A stretch of 64,000 nucleotides of DNA from a virus (Duplodnaviria; Heunggongvirae; Uroviricota; Caudoviricetes), in the IMG/VR virus record IMGVR_UViG_2724679539_000005, positions 12,292 through 76,291 of that record; one strand, written 5' to 3'. The translations under genes were made by a program, and so were the position numbers. Of this stretch, positions 28,520 to 38,130 are shown in pieces (position 1 is the stretch's first letter; each line of letters begins with the position of its first letter). A model generated the notes under the pieces. It searched no databases. It was not told the origin of the DNA and was given only the letters and a program-made list of their open reading frames with translations.

Positions 28520-29099
28520 CTTATTATCCTGCATTGTTAAAAACGGCAGAATCCTATGTGACAACAATTAAACGATAGTTAAATGAATTGATGAAAATTA
28601 AAACTACACAGGTGGACGCTCAGACTATTGGAGGGAGTTGGGGACATTCAGAATCCTGTGGAATGAAATAAACCGCTCTATCTGTCCTTTACCCTTTTAG
28701 CTGCGCTGTATCGTCGCCGTATTCCCGCATTAACAATGACCGTAGCCCGACGGGGAACTCCTCTGCGCGAGTGTGCGGAAATAATCAAAAACGATGCACA
28801 CCGGGTTTTTACCGCGCTAATTATTCGCGGGTTTGTCCCTCATGCTCGCAAGTTCTGTGTGGGGGGGAAGAAACAGGACATGTATTCTAGTCTGTGCGAC
28901 CGTGGTCGTTCAGATTTTCATTCGTTTTGCGGAGTAAACCAGAGCGGTTGGCGGGTCCTCCTGGCGATTTGAAACACCGGGGGGCTGCGGACACGCGGAA
29001 AACGGCTGGTTTTTTGCATTTTATCGGCATCATCATCTTTTATCTAACCTGTTGATATTTCAGTTGTGAAGTTATTCATGATGTCGATTCGCTTAAATA

Positions 29100-29618
29100 T
29101 TGTTCACCATCATGGATAACGAACTGAAAAATCTTCGCCTCAATATTAACCAGCTGGCGGCGCTGACTAATCTGCATCGTCAGACCGTCGCAAGTAGACT
29201 GAACAATGTTGAGCCTGCCCCCGGAAGTAACTCCCGCCTCAAGCTGTATTCGGTTCTGGATATTCTCAGGGAATTACTGGGCAGGACTACGACGCCGGAG
29301 CTGGTTGCTGTTGACAAAATGACACCGCCGGATCGAAAGGCGTGGTTTCAGTCTGAGCGGGAGCGCCTCAAGTTTCAGCAGGAGACCGGAGAGCTTATCC
29401 CGGCCTCAGAAGTCAGCCGGGAGTTTGCCTCAATGGCAAAAGCTGTCGTTCAGGTACTGGAAACGCTACCGGATATTCTCGAGCGTGACTGTGCAATGAC
29501 ACCGTCAGCCGTCGTCAGGGTGCAAAAAGTCATAGATGACCTGCGGGATCAGATTGCCATGAAGGTTGAGCTGGCAGAGTCGCCGGAACAGGAGGACAGT
29601 TTGTCACAAGAGGAGTAA
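29100..29618 (+). CDS. terminase small subunit
   Basis: N-terminal HTH (NINQLAALTNLHRQTVASRL); directly upstream of the large subunit. Confidence 0.7.
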   Translation: MFTIMDNELKNLRLNINQLAALTNLHRQTVASRLNNVEPAPGSNSRLKLYSVLDILRELLGRTTTPELVAVDKMTPPDRKAWFQSERERLKFQQETGELIPASEVSREFASMAKAVVQVLETLPDILERDCAMTPSAVVRVQKVIDDLRDQIAMKVELAESPEQEDSLSQEE

Positions 29619-29621
29619 GCC

Positions 29622-31739
29622 ATGCGACAGGCCACGGCGGCGGAAGTCAGAAAGAATACCGCCGGGATCATAAAGGCACCGCGTCGGATGCCTGTTGCCG
29701 AGGCCGTTCATAAGTACATGCGGGTTCCCGTGGGCGTCGGAAACTCCGTCGAATGGGATCCGCAACTCGCCCCCTATGTCGTGGAGCCGATGAACTGCCT
29801 GGCATCACGTGAGTATGATGCTGTTATTTTTGTTGGTCCGGCCCGAACAGGTAAAACAATTGGGCTGATTGACGGCTGGGTGGTGTACAACGTGGTGTGT
29901 GACCCGTCGGATATGCTTATCGTCCAGATGACGGAAGAAAAAGCGCGTGAACACTCCAAAAAACGTCTGGCCAGAACATTTCGCGTCAGCCCGGAAGTGG
30001 CATGCAGGCTGAGTCCGTCGCGTAACGATAACAACGTTCATGACCGCACGTTTCTTGCCGGAAACTACCTCAAGATTGGCTGGCCCTCCGTCAACATCAT
30101 GTCATCCTCGGATTTTAAATGCGTTGCACTGACGGATTACGACCGTTTTCCGGAGGATATCGACGGGGAAGGCGATGGTTTTTCGCTGGCCTCAAAACGA
30201 ACCACCACATTTATGTCGGCGGGCATGACCCTGGTGGAGAGCTCGCCAGGGCGGGAAATCACCAATACCAAATGGCGACGAAAATCACCCCATGAAGCGC
30301 CACCCACTACCGGTATTCTGGCTTTATATAATCGCGGTGATCGCCGTCGCTGGTACTGGCCCTGTCCGCACTGTGGTGGGTACTTTCAGCCTGCTATGGA
30401 GGCGATGACCGGTTACCGCGATATTGCCGATCCGGTAAAAGCCAGTGAAGCGGCACATATCGTCTGCCCGCACTGTAACGGGGTGATCACAGCTGATAAA
30501 AAGCGGGAGCTTAACGGACGTGGCGTCTGGCTCAGAGAAGGTCAGAGCATTGATAAAGCCGGGAATATATCGGGTGATGCCCGTCGTTCCCGCATCGCGT
30601 CCTTCTGGATGGAAGGTCCCGCCGCGGCTTACCAGACCTGGGCACAGCTGGTTTACAAATTACTGACGGCAGAGCAGGACTATGAAACCACAGGCAGTGA
30701 AGAAACACTGAAAACGGTGATCAACACTGACTGGGGCTTACCTTATCTGCCACGCGCGGCGACCGAACAGCGCAGGGCTGATGTACTGATGCAGCGGGCG
30801 GAGGACTACGGTAAACGTCTGGTACCACCGAAGGTGCGTTTTCTGCTGGCATCGGTGGATGTACAGGGCGGGAAGAAACGTCGTTTTGTGGTGCAGATTA
30901 TCGGTTACGGTGAGAACGGCGAACGCTGGCTGGTGGATCGCTATAACATTCGTCAGTCCCTGCGCTGTGATGAAAACGGCGAGGCACTGACGATTCATCC
31001 GGGCTCTTACCCTGAGGATTGGCAGTTGCTGATCACGGATGTGCTGGAGAAAACATACCCTCTCCAGTCAAATCCTTCCCGCCGTATGCCCGTGCTGGCT
31101 ATGGCTGTGGACAGTGGGGGTGAGGATGGTGTGACGGATAATGCGTATAAGTTCTGGCGCACATGCCGCCGTGATGGTCTGGGAAAACGGGTATACCTGA
31201 TAAAAGGTGACAGTACCCGTCGCCAGAAAGTGATCACCCGAACACACCCTGATAATACCGGACGAAGCGATCGCCGGGCTGATGCCCGCGGCGAAGTACC
31301 GGTATATCTGTTGCAGACCGATCTGCTCAAAGATCAACTCAGCAATAATCTGGAGCGTGAAACCCCGGGGGCCGGGTATATCCATTTTCCCGACTGGCTC
31401 GGTGAGTGGTTTTACGAGGAGCTGACTTATGAGGAGCGGGGCAGCGACGGAAAATGGCGCAAGCCAGGTAAAGGGAACAACGAAGCATTCGACCTGTTCT
31501 GCTATGCCCATGCCGTCGCTATTCTGCGTGGTTACGAAAAAATCCGAGACTGGGAGCAGCCGCCTGCCTGGGCGGCATCTCAGGACACAAATCCGGACAT
31601 TATTGACGGGGAACGCCCCGGGGAGAGGGGAGTGAAAAAAGCGATATCCGCTCGTTCATCTCCGGTTGCCGTCACCGAACAGGCCAGCCCACTGTCTGGC
31701 GGCTGGCTGGGGGTCAGTGGTAACGGAGGCTGGCTATGA
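29622..31739 (+). CDS. terminase large subunit (lambda gpA family)
   Basis: 705 aa; Walker A-like VIFVGPARTGKT. Confidence 0.9.
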   Translation: MRQATAAEVRKNTAGIIKAPRRMPVAEAVHKYMRVPVGVGNSVEWDPQLAPYVVEPMNCLASREYDAVIFVGPARTGKTIGLIDGWVVYNVVCDPSDMLIVQMTEEKAREHSKKRLARTFRVSPEVACRLSPSRNDNNVHDRTFLAGNYLKIGWPSVNIMSSSDFKCVALTDYDRFPEDIDGEGDGFSLASKRTTTFMSAGMTLVESSPGREITNTKWRRKSPHEAPPTTGILALYNRGDRRRWYWPCPHCGGYFQPAMEAMTGYRDIADPVKASEAAHIVCPHCNGVITADKKRELNGRGVWLREGQSIDKAGNISGDARRSRIASFWMEGPAAAYQTWAQLVYKLLTAEQDYETTGSEETLKTVINTDWGLPYLPRAATEQRRADVLMQRAEDYGKRLVPPKVRFLLASVDVQGGKKRRFVVQIIGYGENGERWLVDRYNIRQSLRCDENGEALTIHPGSYPEDWQLLITDVLEKTYPLQSNPSRRMPVLAMAVDSGGEDGVTDNAYKFWRTCRRDGLGKRVYLIKGDSTRRQKVITRTHPDNTGRSDRRADARGEVPVYLLQTDLLKDQLSNNLERETPGAGYIHFPDWLGEWFYEELTYEERGSDGKWRKPGKGNNEAFDLFCYAHAVAILRGYEKIRDWEQPPAWAASQDTNPDIIDGERPGERGVKKAISARSSPVAVTEQASPLSGGWLGVSGNGGWL

Positions 31740-31951
31740 CGAAATCTGAAATCCAGCAGATGCTGGTCACGGTACGCCAGGCGTATCGTGATTCTCTGGA
31801 CGGGAAAAGCGTGTCTTTTACTGGCGTGAATGGGCGCGCCATTACCAACCATGATCCCGTCGCACTTCGTAAAGAGCTTGAATACTGGGAAAAACGCTGG
31901 CAGGCCGTCAACGGTCGCGGCACCAACTTCAAACTCGCTAACTTTCTGTAA
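31736..31951 (+). CDS. gpW-like head-tail joining protein
   Basis: 71-aa protein between terminase and portal, as in lambda. Confidence 0.5.
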   Translation: MTKSEIQQMLVTVRQAYRDSLDGKSVSFTGVNGRAITNHDPVALRKELEYWEKRWQAVNGRGTNFKLANFL

Positions 31952-31959
31952 GGTCATTC

Positions 31960-33471
31960 ATGGGCATTTTTGACAGGGCACTTGGCGCGATTGCGCCAGG
32001 GTGGGCTGTTTCGCGCGCCAGAAACAGAATGCTTCTTCGCGCCTACGAGGCGGCGCACCCCTCCAGAGTGAACAAAACAAAACGTGAGAGTCGGGCGGCA
32101 GATACTGCGGTGGGTGTGGCTGGCGTATCTCTGCGTGAGCAGGCACGGGCACTGGATGAAGACCATGACATAGTGATTGGTCTGCTGGATAAGCTGGAAG
32201 AACGTGTTATTGGTGCGCAGGGGATCCAGGTGGAGCCGCAACCGCTCAGTCTGGACGGTAAGCTGCATGAAGAATTTGCAGCACAGATATCTGCACTCTG
32301 GTCGGAATGGTCGGTGCGTCCGGAGGTGACGGGGGTGTTTACCCGTCCGGAAGCCGAGCGACTGGCGCTGCGTTCAGCACTGCGTGATGGTGAGATGTTC
32401 ACGCAGCTGGTGCGGGGCCCGGTTGCCGGACTGACGCACGCTACCCGAGTGCCGTTTTCACTGGAACTGCTGGAAGCTGATTTTGTCCCGTTCAGTCTGA
32501 ACAGCACATCGGGGCAGCAGATCCGCCAGGGCATTATCGTTAACGACTGGGGGCGTCCTGTTGGTTACCGGGTTTACAAATATCACCCGGCCAGTATGAC
32601 GCGCTTCAGCGCTGAACTGAAAACCATTGCGGCAGAGAACATGCTGCACCTTGCCCAGCGTAAACGCCTTCACCAGTTACGTGGCATAAGTCTGCTTCAT
32701 GGGGTGATCCGCCGTCTGGGTGACATTAAGGACTACGAAGAGAGCGAACGTGTGGCTGCCCGCATTGCTGCCGCGCTGGGCTTCTACATCAAGCGTGGTG
32801 ATGCCGCCAGCTTTCCGGCGGATGAAGACTGGAAACCCTCAGGACAAAAGTACCGCCACTTTGATATTGCGCCAGGCATGATTTTCGACGACCTGGCGCC
32901 GGGGGAAGATCTGGGCATGGTTGAGTCAAACCGTCCGAACGTCCACCTCCATGAGTTTCGTAACGGGCAACTGCGGGCGGTTGCCGCCGGGAGTCGCGGT
33001 AGCTATTCCAGTATTGCCCGTGACTATAACGGCACCTACAGCGCACAACGTCAGGAACTGGTGGAAAGTTACGAAGGTTATAACGTCCTGCAGCAATGGT
33101 TTGTGGGGCAGTTCAGCCGTCCGGTGTACCGCGCCTGGCTGGCAATGGCGCTGCTTGACATGGATATCCCGCCTGATATCGACAAAACCACGCTCTTTAA
33201 CGCGACCTATCTTGGTCCGGTGATGCCGTGGATTGATCCCGTCAAAGAGGCTGCAGCATGGCGGGCCATTCTTCGTGGTGGAGCAGGAACGGAAGCCGAG
33301 TGGATCCGTGCCAGAGGGCAGTCACCGCAGGAGGTCAAACGCCAGCGAATGCGTGAAACCGAATTTAACCGACAAAACGGGCTGGTGTTCGATTCTGACG
33401 CCGCCAACGATAAAGGAGTGCTCCCTGATGCAGCAAATGATAAGCCCGCCCTGTCGCGGGATGACGATTAA
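31960..33471 (+). CDS. portal protein
   Basis: 503-aa protein in the portal position after terminase and gpW. Confidence 0.7.
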   Translation: MGIFDRALGAIAPGWAVSRARNRMLLRAYEAAHPSRVNKTKRESRAADTAVGVAGVSLREQARALDEDHDIVIGLLDKLEERVIGAQGIQVEPQPLSLDGKLHEEFAAQISALWSEWSVRPEVTGVFTRPEAERLALRSALRDGEMFTQLVRGPVAGLTHATRVPFSLELLEADFVPFSLNSTSGQQIRQGIIVNDWGRPVGYRVYKYHPASMTRFSAELKTIAAENMLHLAQRKRLHQLRGISLLHGVIRRLGDIKDYEESERVAARIAAALGFYIKRGDAASFPADEDWKPSGQKYRHFDIAPGMIFDDLAPGEDLGMVESNRPNVHLHEFRNGQLRAVAAGSRGSYSSIARDYNGTYSAQRQELVESYEGYNVLQQWFVGQFSRPVYRAWLAMALLDMDIPPDIDKTTLFNATYLGPVMPWIDPVKEAAAWRAILRGGAGTEAEWIRARGQSPQEVKRQRMRETEFNRQNGLVFDSDAANDKGVLPDAANDKPALSRDDD

Positions 33472-35506
33472 CCCCCGCGCCAGCCTTGCGGGTGTCGATG
33501 CCGCAAACGGTCAGTGCTGGTACGAAATCCGTGCACAGGCAACCGGACGGGTGGAAATTTTCCTCTATGACGTGATTGGTGGATGGGGCATCACCGCGCA
33601 GCAGTTTATCACTGACTGTAAAGATGCGGGGGTGTTTGAGGCCAGCGCCATTGATCTGCATATCCACAGCCCGGGCGGTGATGTGATGCAGGGCTTTGCC
33701 ATCTTTAACACGCTGTCACGCCTGAAAGCGAAGGTGGATATCTGGGTGGATGGTGTCGCTGCCAGTATGGCATCGATGATCGTCTGCCTTCCCGGAGCCA
33801 CAGTACATATGCCTGAAAACGCCTGGATTATGGTGCATAAGCCCTGGGGCGGGATCGCCGGTGATTCCGATGATATGCGTGATTATGCCGACTGGCTGGA
33901 TCGCAACGAGGCGCTGATGCTGTCTGCCTACATGAATAAAACCGGACTGGGGCAGGAGGAGCTGGAGGCCATGCTGAAAGCGGAAACCTGGCTCAGCGGC
34001 GCTGAAGCTGTGGAAAAGGGCTTTGCAGACTCCCTCGAACCCGAATTACAGGCTGCGGCCTGTGTGAACCAAAATAAACTGAAGGATTATCAGAATATGC
34101 CAGAACAGGTTAATGCTCTTTTTGCTCCGCGTGCAGAAACTCAGGTTACCCCACCGCAGGCCAGCCAGCCTCCGGCACCACAGGTATCTCAGGACACGCA
34201 GCAGCCAGGCGCCGTAGATATTGCCGCGCTGGCCACTCAGCTTCAGCAGCAGATGCAGGCTGCCAATGCGGAACGTGTGAACGCTGTCTCTGCCGTGTTC
34301 GACGCATTTCCGGCATTTGCCTCGCTGAAAGCGGAATGCCTGAGCGATTTCACCTGCTCGGCTGAAAAAGCCCGTGAACGACTGCTGCAGGCGCTGGCGG
34401 CGGGTACCACGCCCTGTGCCGGGCCGGGAGCAGCACACATTTACGCAGGCAACGGCAATCTGGTGGGTGATTCCATCCGTGCAGCAGTGATGGCTCGCGC
34501 AGGGTACAGCGAAGCCGAAAAAGACAATGCCTATAACGGCTTTACGTTACGCGAACTGGCGCGTGCCTCACTGGTGGATCGCGGCATAGGGATTTCAGGA
34601 CATGCCGCACCGATGGCAATGGTGGGGCTGGCATTCACCCACAGTGGCAGTGACTTTGGCAATATCCTGATGGATGTTGCTCACAAAGCGGCACTGCAGG
34701 GCTGGGACAGCGCCAGTGAAACGTTTGATCAGTGGACCCGCAAGGGCACACTGTCAGATTTTAAAACTGCCCACCGTGTGGGGCTGGAGGCTTTCCCGAC
34801 CCTGCGACAGGTTCAGCCGGGCGCTGAATATAAGTATGTAACCCTTAAAGATCGTGGTGAGCCCATTGCGCTGGCTACGTATGGCGAACTCTTCAGCATT
34901 GATCGCCAGACCATCATTAACGATGACCTGGATATGCTGACCCGTATTCCGATGGCAATGGGAGCAGCAGCGCGTACCACAGTGGGCGATCTTGTCTGGG
35001 CCGTACTGACCAGCAACCCGAAAATGTCTGATGGTAAACCGTTGTTCCATGCCGATCACGGCAACCTGGTGACTGCGGATCTGTCCATTGAAGGACTGGA
35101 TGCAGGGCGTAAAGCCATGTTGCTGCAAAAGTCCGGTAGCCGCCGCCTGAATATTCGTCCGGCCTTTATGCTGACACCTGTTGCCATTGAATCCCGGGCA
35201 AGTCAGTTAATTAAATCTTCCAGTGTACCGGGGGCAGATGCCAACAGCGGCATTGTTAACCCGATCCAGAACTTTGCCACCGTTCTGTCAGAAGCCCGTC
35301 TGGATGACAGCAGCCCGACCGATTATTACCTGGTGGCGGCACAGGGGCGTGACACGATTGAAGTGGCTTATCTTGACGGTATCGATACTCCGTATCTGGA
35401 ACAGCAGCAGGGCTTTACCGTTGACGGGGCCGCATTCAAAGTGCGCATTGATGCCGGGGTCGCACCGCTTGACTGGCGTGGCATGGTTAAAGTCAAAAAA
35501 CAGTAA
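33428..35506 (+). CDS. fused head-maturation protease (ClpP/S14-like), scaffold and major capsid protein
   Basis: N-terminal ClpP-like region (IDLHIHSPGGDVMQGFAIFNTL...), central Ala/Gln-rich linker, C-terminal capsid-like domain; AAAGGAG RBS before the ATG at 33428. The track start at 33233 overlaps the portal gene. Confidence 0.65.
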   Translation: MQQMISPPCRGMTINPRASLAGVDAANGQCWYEIRAQATGRVEIFLYDVIGGWGITAQQFITDCKDAGVFEASAIDLHIHSPGGDVMQGFAIFNTLSRLKAKVDIWVDGVAASMASMIVCLPGATVHMPENAWIMVHKPWGGIAGDSDDMRDYADWLDRNEALMLSAYMNKTGLGQEELEAMLKAETWLSGAEAVEKGFADSLEPELQAAACVNQNKLKDYQNMPEQVNALFAPRAETQVTPPQASQPPAPQVSQDTQQPGAVDIAALATQLQQQMQAANAERVNAVSAVFDAFPAFASLKAECLSDFTCSAEKARERLLQALAAGTTPCAGPGAAHIYAGNGNLVGDSIRAAVMARAGYSEAEKDNAYNGFTLRELARASLVDRGIGISGHAAPMAMVGLAFTHSGSDFGNILMDVAHKAALQGWDSASETFDQWTRKGTLSDFKTAHRVGLEAFPTLRQVQPGAEYKYVTLKDRGEPIALATYGELFSIDRQTIINDDLDMLTRIPMAMGAAARTTVGDLVWAVLTSNPKMSDGKPLFHADHGNLVTADLSIEGLDAGRKAMLLQKSGSRRLNIRPAFMLTPVAIESRASQLIKSSSVPGADANSGIVNPIQNFATVLSEARLDDSSPTDYYLVAAQGRDTIEVAYLDGIDTPYLEQQQGFTVDGAAFKVRIDAGVAPLDWRGMVKVKKQ

Positions 35507-35577
35507 TTCACCGCCGCGTCAGGCGGTTTTTTTTACTCAGGCGGCACCGTCGGGAGCCGCTTATACCGGAGGTAAAA

Positions 35578-35907
35578 ATGTCAAAAAATTATGTTCAGGA
35601 CGGTACGACCGTTGAATGGGTGAACGATAGCGGTAAAACAGTCTTATCCGGGGAACTGGTCGTTAAAGACAATCTGATCGGGGTGGCGCATGCGGATATT
35701 CTGCAGGATGGCTCAGGTGTTTTGCATACCACGGGGATTTTTGCATTACCCAAAGAAGCTGAAGAACTGACACAGGGAAAACGGGTATATCTCAGGTCTG
35801 ATACTGCCACGCTGACAGCAACAGAATCGGGCAATGCGCTGGTGGGAACCGTATGGGCAGCGGCAGAAACCAGCGATGCTACCGTGTGTGTGCGTCTCGG
35901 TTACTGA
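35578..35907 (+). CDS. putative head decoration / capsid accessory protein (109 aa)
   Basis: Small ORF immediately after the capsid gene. Confidence 0.4.
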   Translation: MSKNYVQDGTTVEWVNDSGKTVLSGELVVKDNLIGVAHADILQDGSGVLHTTGIFALPKEAEELTQGKRVYLRSDTATLTATESGNALVGTVWAAAETSDATVCVRLGY

Positions 35908-36263
35908 TGGGCAATTTCCATGAACGGCTGATGCGGGCAGAGGCCCGCATAACGCGACTTTTTGCGCAGCCATACCCCGCAGTGTTGTACATCGGTAATG
36001 AATGTCGTCAGGTGAATGTGATTTTTGAAACGCCGGATGCTCCGGTCAGTGTTCCGGGTGGCGGAGAAATCAGCAATCACGCCCCGGCATTCAGTGCGAT
36101 GACGACGGATATTGTCGGACTGTCCAGGCATGATGAGGTGGTGGTGAACAATATTCGCTACCGGGTAACGCATGTCGGTGCGAACGAAGCCGGGCGCACC
36201 CGTGTCACACTGGCGTATGGCGCACCGGGAAACGTTCAGCCACCGATTGAACAATGGAGCTGA
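35907..36263 (+). CDS. putative head-tail connector/adaptor protein
   Basis: ATG overlaps the preceding stop (TGATG); sits between head and tail genes. Confidence 0.4.
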   Translation: MGNFHERLMRAEARITRLFAQPYPAVLYIGNECRQVNVIFETPDAPVSVPGGGEISNHAPAFSAMTTDIVGLSRHDEVVVNNIRYRVTHVGANEAGRTRVTLAYGAPGNVQPPIEQWS

Positions 36264-36264
36264 T

Positions 36265-36921
36265 ATGGCGCGAGGATTCAGACTGCGACGGGATTTACCG
36301 ATCGATATTGATGTGGATGCTATCTGGCAGATTGCGGACAGTATCGGTGCCACACAAAAACAGTTTCGGGCAGCCTACTCCCGGGCGCTCAGACGAACTG
36401 CTGCCACCCTGCGCAAAAAAGCGCTGGCTGATCTGAAAGACGGGCTGGCGCCGCGCAGTATCGGGCTGGTACGCCGCCGTCTGCTCTCTTTTCGCCTCGA
36501 CAGAGGCTCCCGGCTGGATAATTTCAGGATCTGGTTTGGTCTCAACGCCATTAAGGTTAAAGACCTGAAAGGGCGAATTAACGGGCGGCTACGCCCGCGC
36601 CATACCCTGCGGGATAAATCCACGGGGCGTTTTATCAAAGCTCGTCGACAGGTAAAAAATGCCGGGTTTACGCCTAAAGGCAGTCTGCTTTCGACACTGA
36701 CCTTCGAAAATGGCGAAGTCGCCCGCTCAAAACGAGAGAATCGGCGAACGGTGGTTATTCGTGATCCGCAAACCCGGCGTACCCGGGAAGCTGAGGTGGA
36801 TATTTATGAACCGATGCTCAATTACATTGAAGATAACGCCTTTGCCGAAGCAATGGACATTTTCATGCACCATTTTGAAACAGATATCCGTGGGCGGGTG
36901 AAAGCCAGGATATCTGTATGA
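36265..36921 (+). CDS. putative virion morphogenesis / tail completion protein
   Basis: 218 aa, basic; called by position only. Confidence 0.4.
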   Translation: MARGFRLRRDLPIDIDVDAIWQIADSIGATQKQFRAAYSRALRRTAATLRKKALADLKDGLAPRSIGLVRRRLLSFRLDRGSRLDNFRIWFGLNAIKVKDLKGRINGRLRPRHTLRDKSTGRFIKARRQVKNAGFTPKGSLLSTLTFENGEVARSKRENRRTVVIRDPQTRRTREAEVDIYEPMLNYIEDNAFAEAMDIFMHHFETDIRGRVKARISV

Positions 36922-36931
36922 GGTCATCACA

Positions 36932-37483
36932 ATGGCTGAACCTTTATCTCTGGCCCGATACCACGATGCGGTTATCAGTGCGCTGAAGCAGATAACGTGG
37001 GTAAGTGATGCCGGAGCTTATCCTGAAAAAAATATTCCCCGTTTCACCGGGCTGGTGACGCCTGCCGTGTATTTCACCATTAACAGCTGGGAGCAGAACG
37101 GCGGCAATGAGGGGCAACTCAATGTTGAACTCTCGTGCGATCTTTATGTGGTGGTTGATGCCGCGTCTGGTCTCAGTTGTCCGGAAATCTTCCTGCGAAC
37201 AGCGGCAGCAGATATTACGCAGTGGATTGACGGGCAACAGTTTGGTCTGACTCACATTTCACCCGCCGTATTCACTGCTGCAGAGCGTGACGAATTTGAT
37301 CCTCGCATGGATGACTACCTGGTGTGGCGGGTGTCGTTTACCCAGGAGGCAGCTTTTGGCGTGGATCCGTTCGCCCGCACCGCTATGCCACTGAGTCAGG
37401 TCTGGCTGGGAGTAGCACCGGATACGGGGCGGCAGCATGTGGACGACTATTACCTTATCCTGGAGGCAGGAGCTGATGAGTGA
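36932..37483 (+). CDS. putative tail completion protein
   Basis: 183-aa ORF in the tail-completion position. Confidence 0.4.
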   Translation: MAEPLSLARYHDAVISALKQITWVSDAGAYPEKNIPRFTGLVTPAVYFTINSWEQNGGNEGQLNVELSCDLYVVVDAASGLSCPEIFLRTAAADITQWIDGQQFGLTHISPAVFTAAERDEFDPRMDDYLVWRVSFTQEAAFGVDPFARTAMPLSQVWLGVAPDTGRQHVDDYYLILEAGADE

Positions 37484-38093
37484 CATTACAGGGGATTTGC
37501 AACGCAGACTGGCAAATCTGGTACGACGCGGTGTGATTCATTCTGTCCGGCATGATGGTATCCCCAAATGCCGGGTTGATCTGGGCGATATCATCACGAC
37601 CTGGCTGCCGCTGTGTCAGGGTTTTTCTGGCGCAAACCGGGCTGATTCGAATCCTTATGCCGTCGGTGATGCGGTGACAGTGTTGTCGGAGGCCGGAGAG
37701 TTAAACAACGGGCGGGTGTTTCCTGGCTGGAACACCGGGAAATTACCCGTGCCGGAGGGCAGCGACAGCGAACATATTACCCGTTACAGCGACGGCACAG
37801 AGATCCGGTATGACCGGGCAGCTCATGCCCTGACGATCACCCTGACCGAAGGAGGCACTTACAAAATCACCGGTAAGGGTACGCTTGATGGTCCGGTTGA
37901 AATCACCGATACCCTGACTGTACAGGGGAAAACGCAGATTAACGCCGATACGACGGTGAAGGGTAATATTGGTGCCTCTGCAGAAATTACCGACAAAACC
38001 GGCAGTATGAGCGGGATCCGCAACATCTTTAACGAGCACAACCACCCCGGCGACAGTGGCGGGAGTACGGATAAACCTAATCAGAAAATGTGA
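37476..38093 (+). CDS. gpV-like baseplate spike/assembly protein
   Basis: C-terminal HNHPGDSGGST motif resembles P2 gpV (HKHPGDSGGTT) as recalled. Confidence 0.55.
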   Translation: MSDITGDLQRRLANLVRRGVIHSVRHDGIPKCRVDLGDIITTWLPLCQGFSGANRADSNPYAVGDAVTVLSEAGELNNGRVFPGWNTGKLPVPEGSDSEHITRYSDGTEIRYDRAAHALTITLTEGGTYKITGKGTLDGPVEITDTLTVQGKTQINADTTVKGNIGASAEITDKTGSMSGIRNIFNEHNHPGDSGGSTDKPNQKM

Positions 38094-38130
38094 CCTGCTG
38101 CGGCAGGTTTTTTTATGGCTGGAGAAAGAC

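Noticed and set aside
28570-29100. 78-aa ORF (28736-28972) and a possible cos site between bor and the terminase small subunit
   Set aside because: The ORF has no RBS and an odd composition. This interval is where cos is expected, but I could not recognise cosN/cosB by eye, so no feature is called.
29774-31511. Several ORFs antisense to or overlapping the terminase large subunit gene (for example 29774-30034, 30738-30998, 31068-31511)
   Set aside because: They sit entirely within a well-supported long CDS; shadow ORFs typical of GC-rich coding DNA. The same applies to antisense ORFs inside the kinase, portal, capsid, sheath, tape-measure and fibre genes.
33233-33427. Track start of the 757-aa ORF overlapping the portal gene
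   Set aside because: The N-terminal 65 codons overlap the portal 3' end and lack an RBS; a strong AAAGGAG RBS precedes the ATG at 33428.
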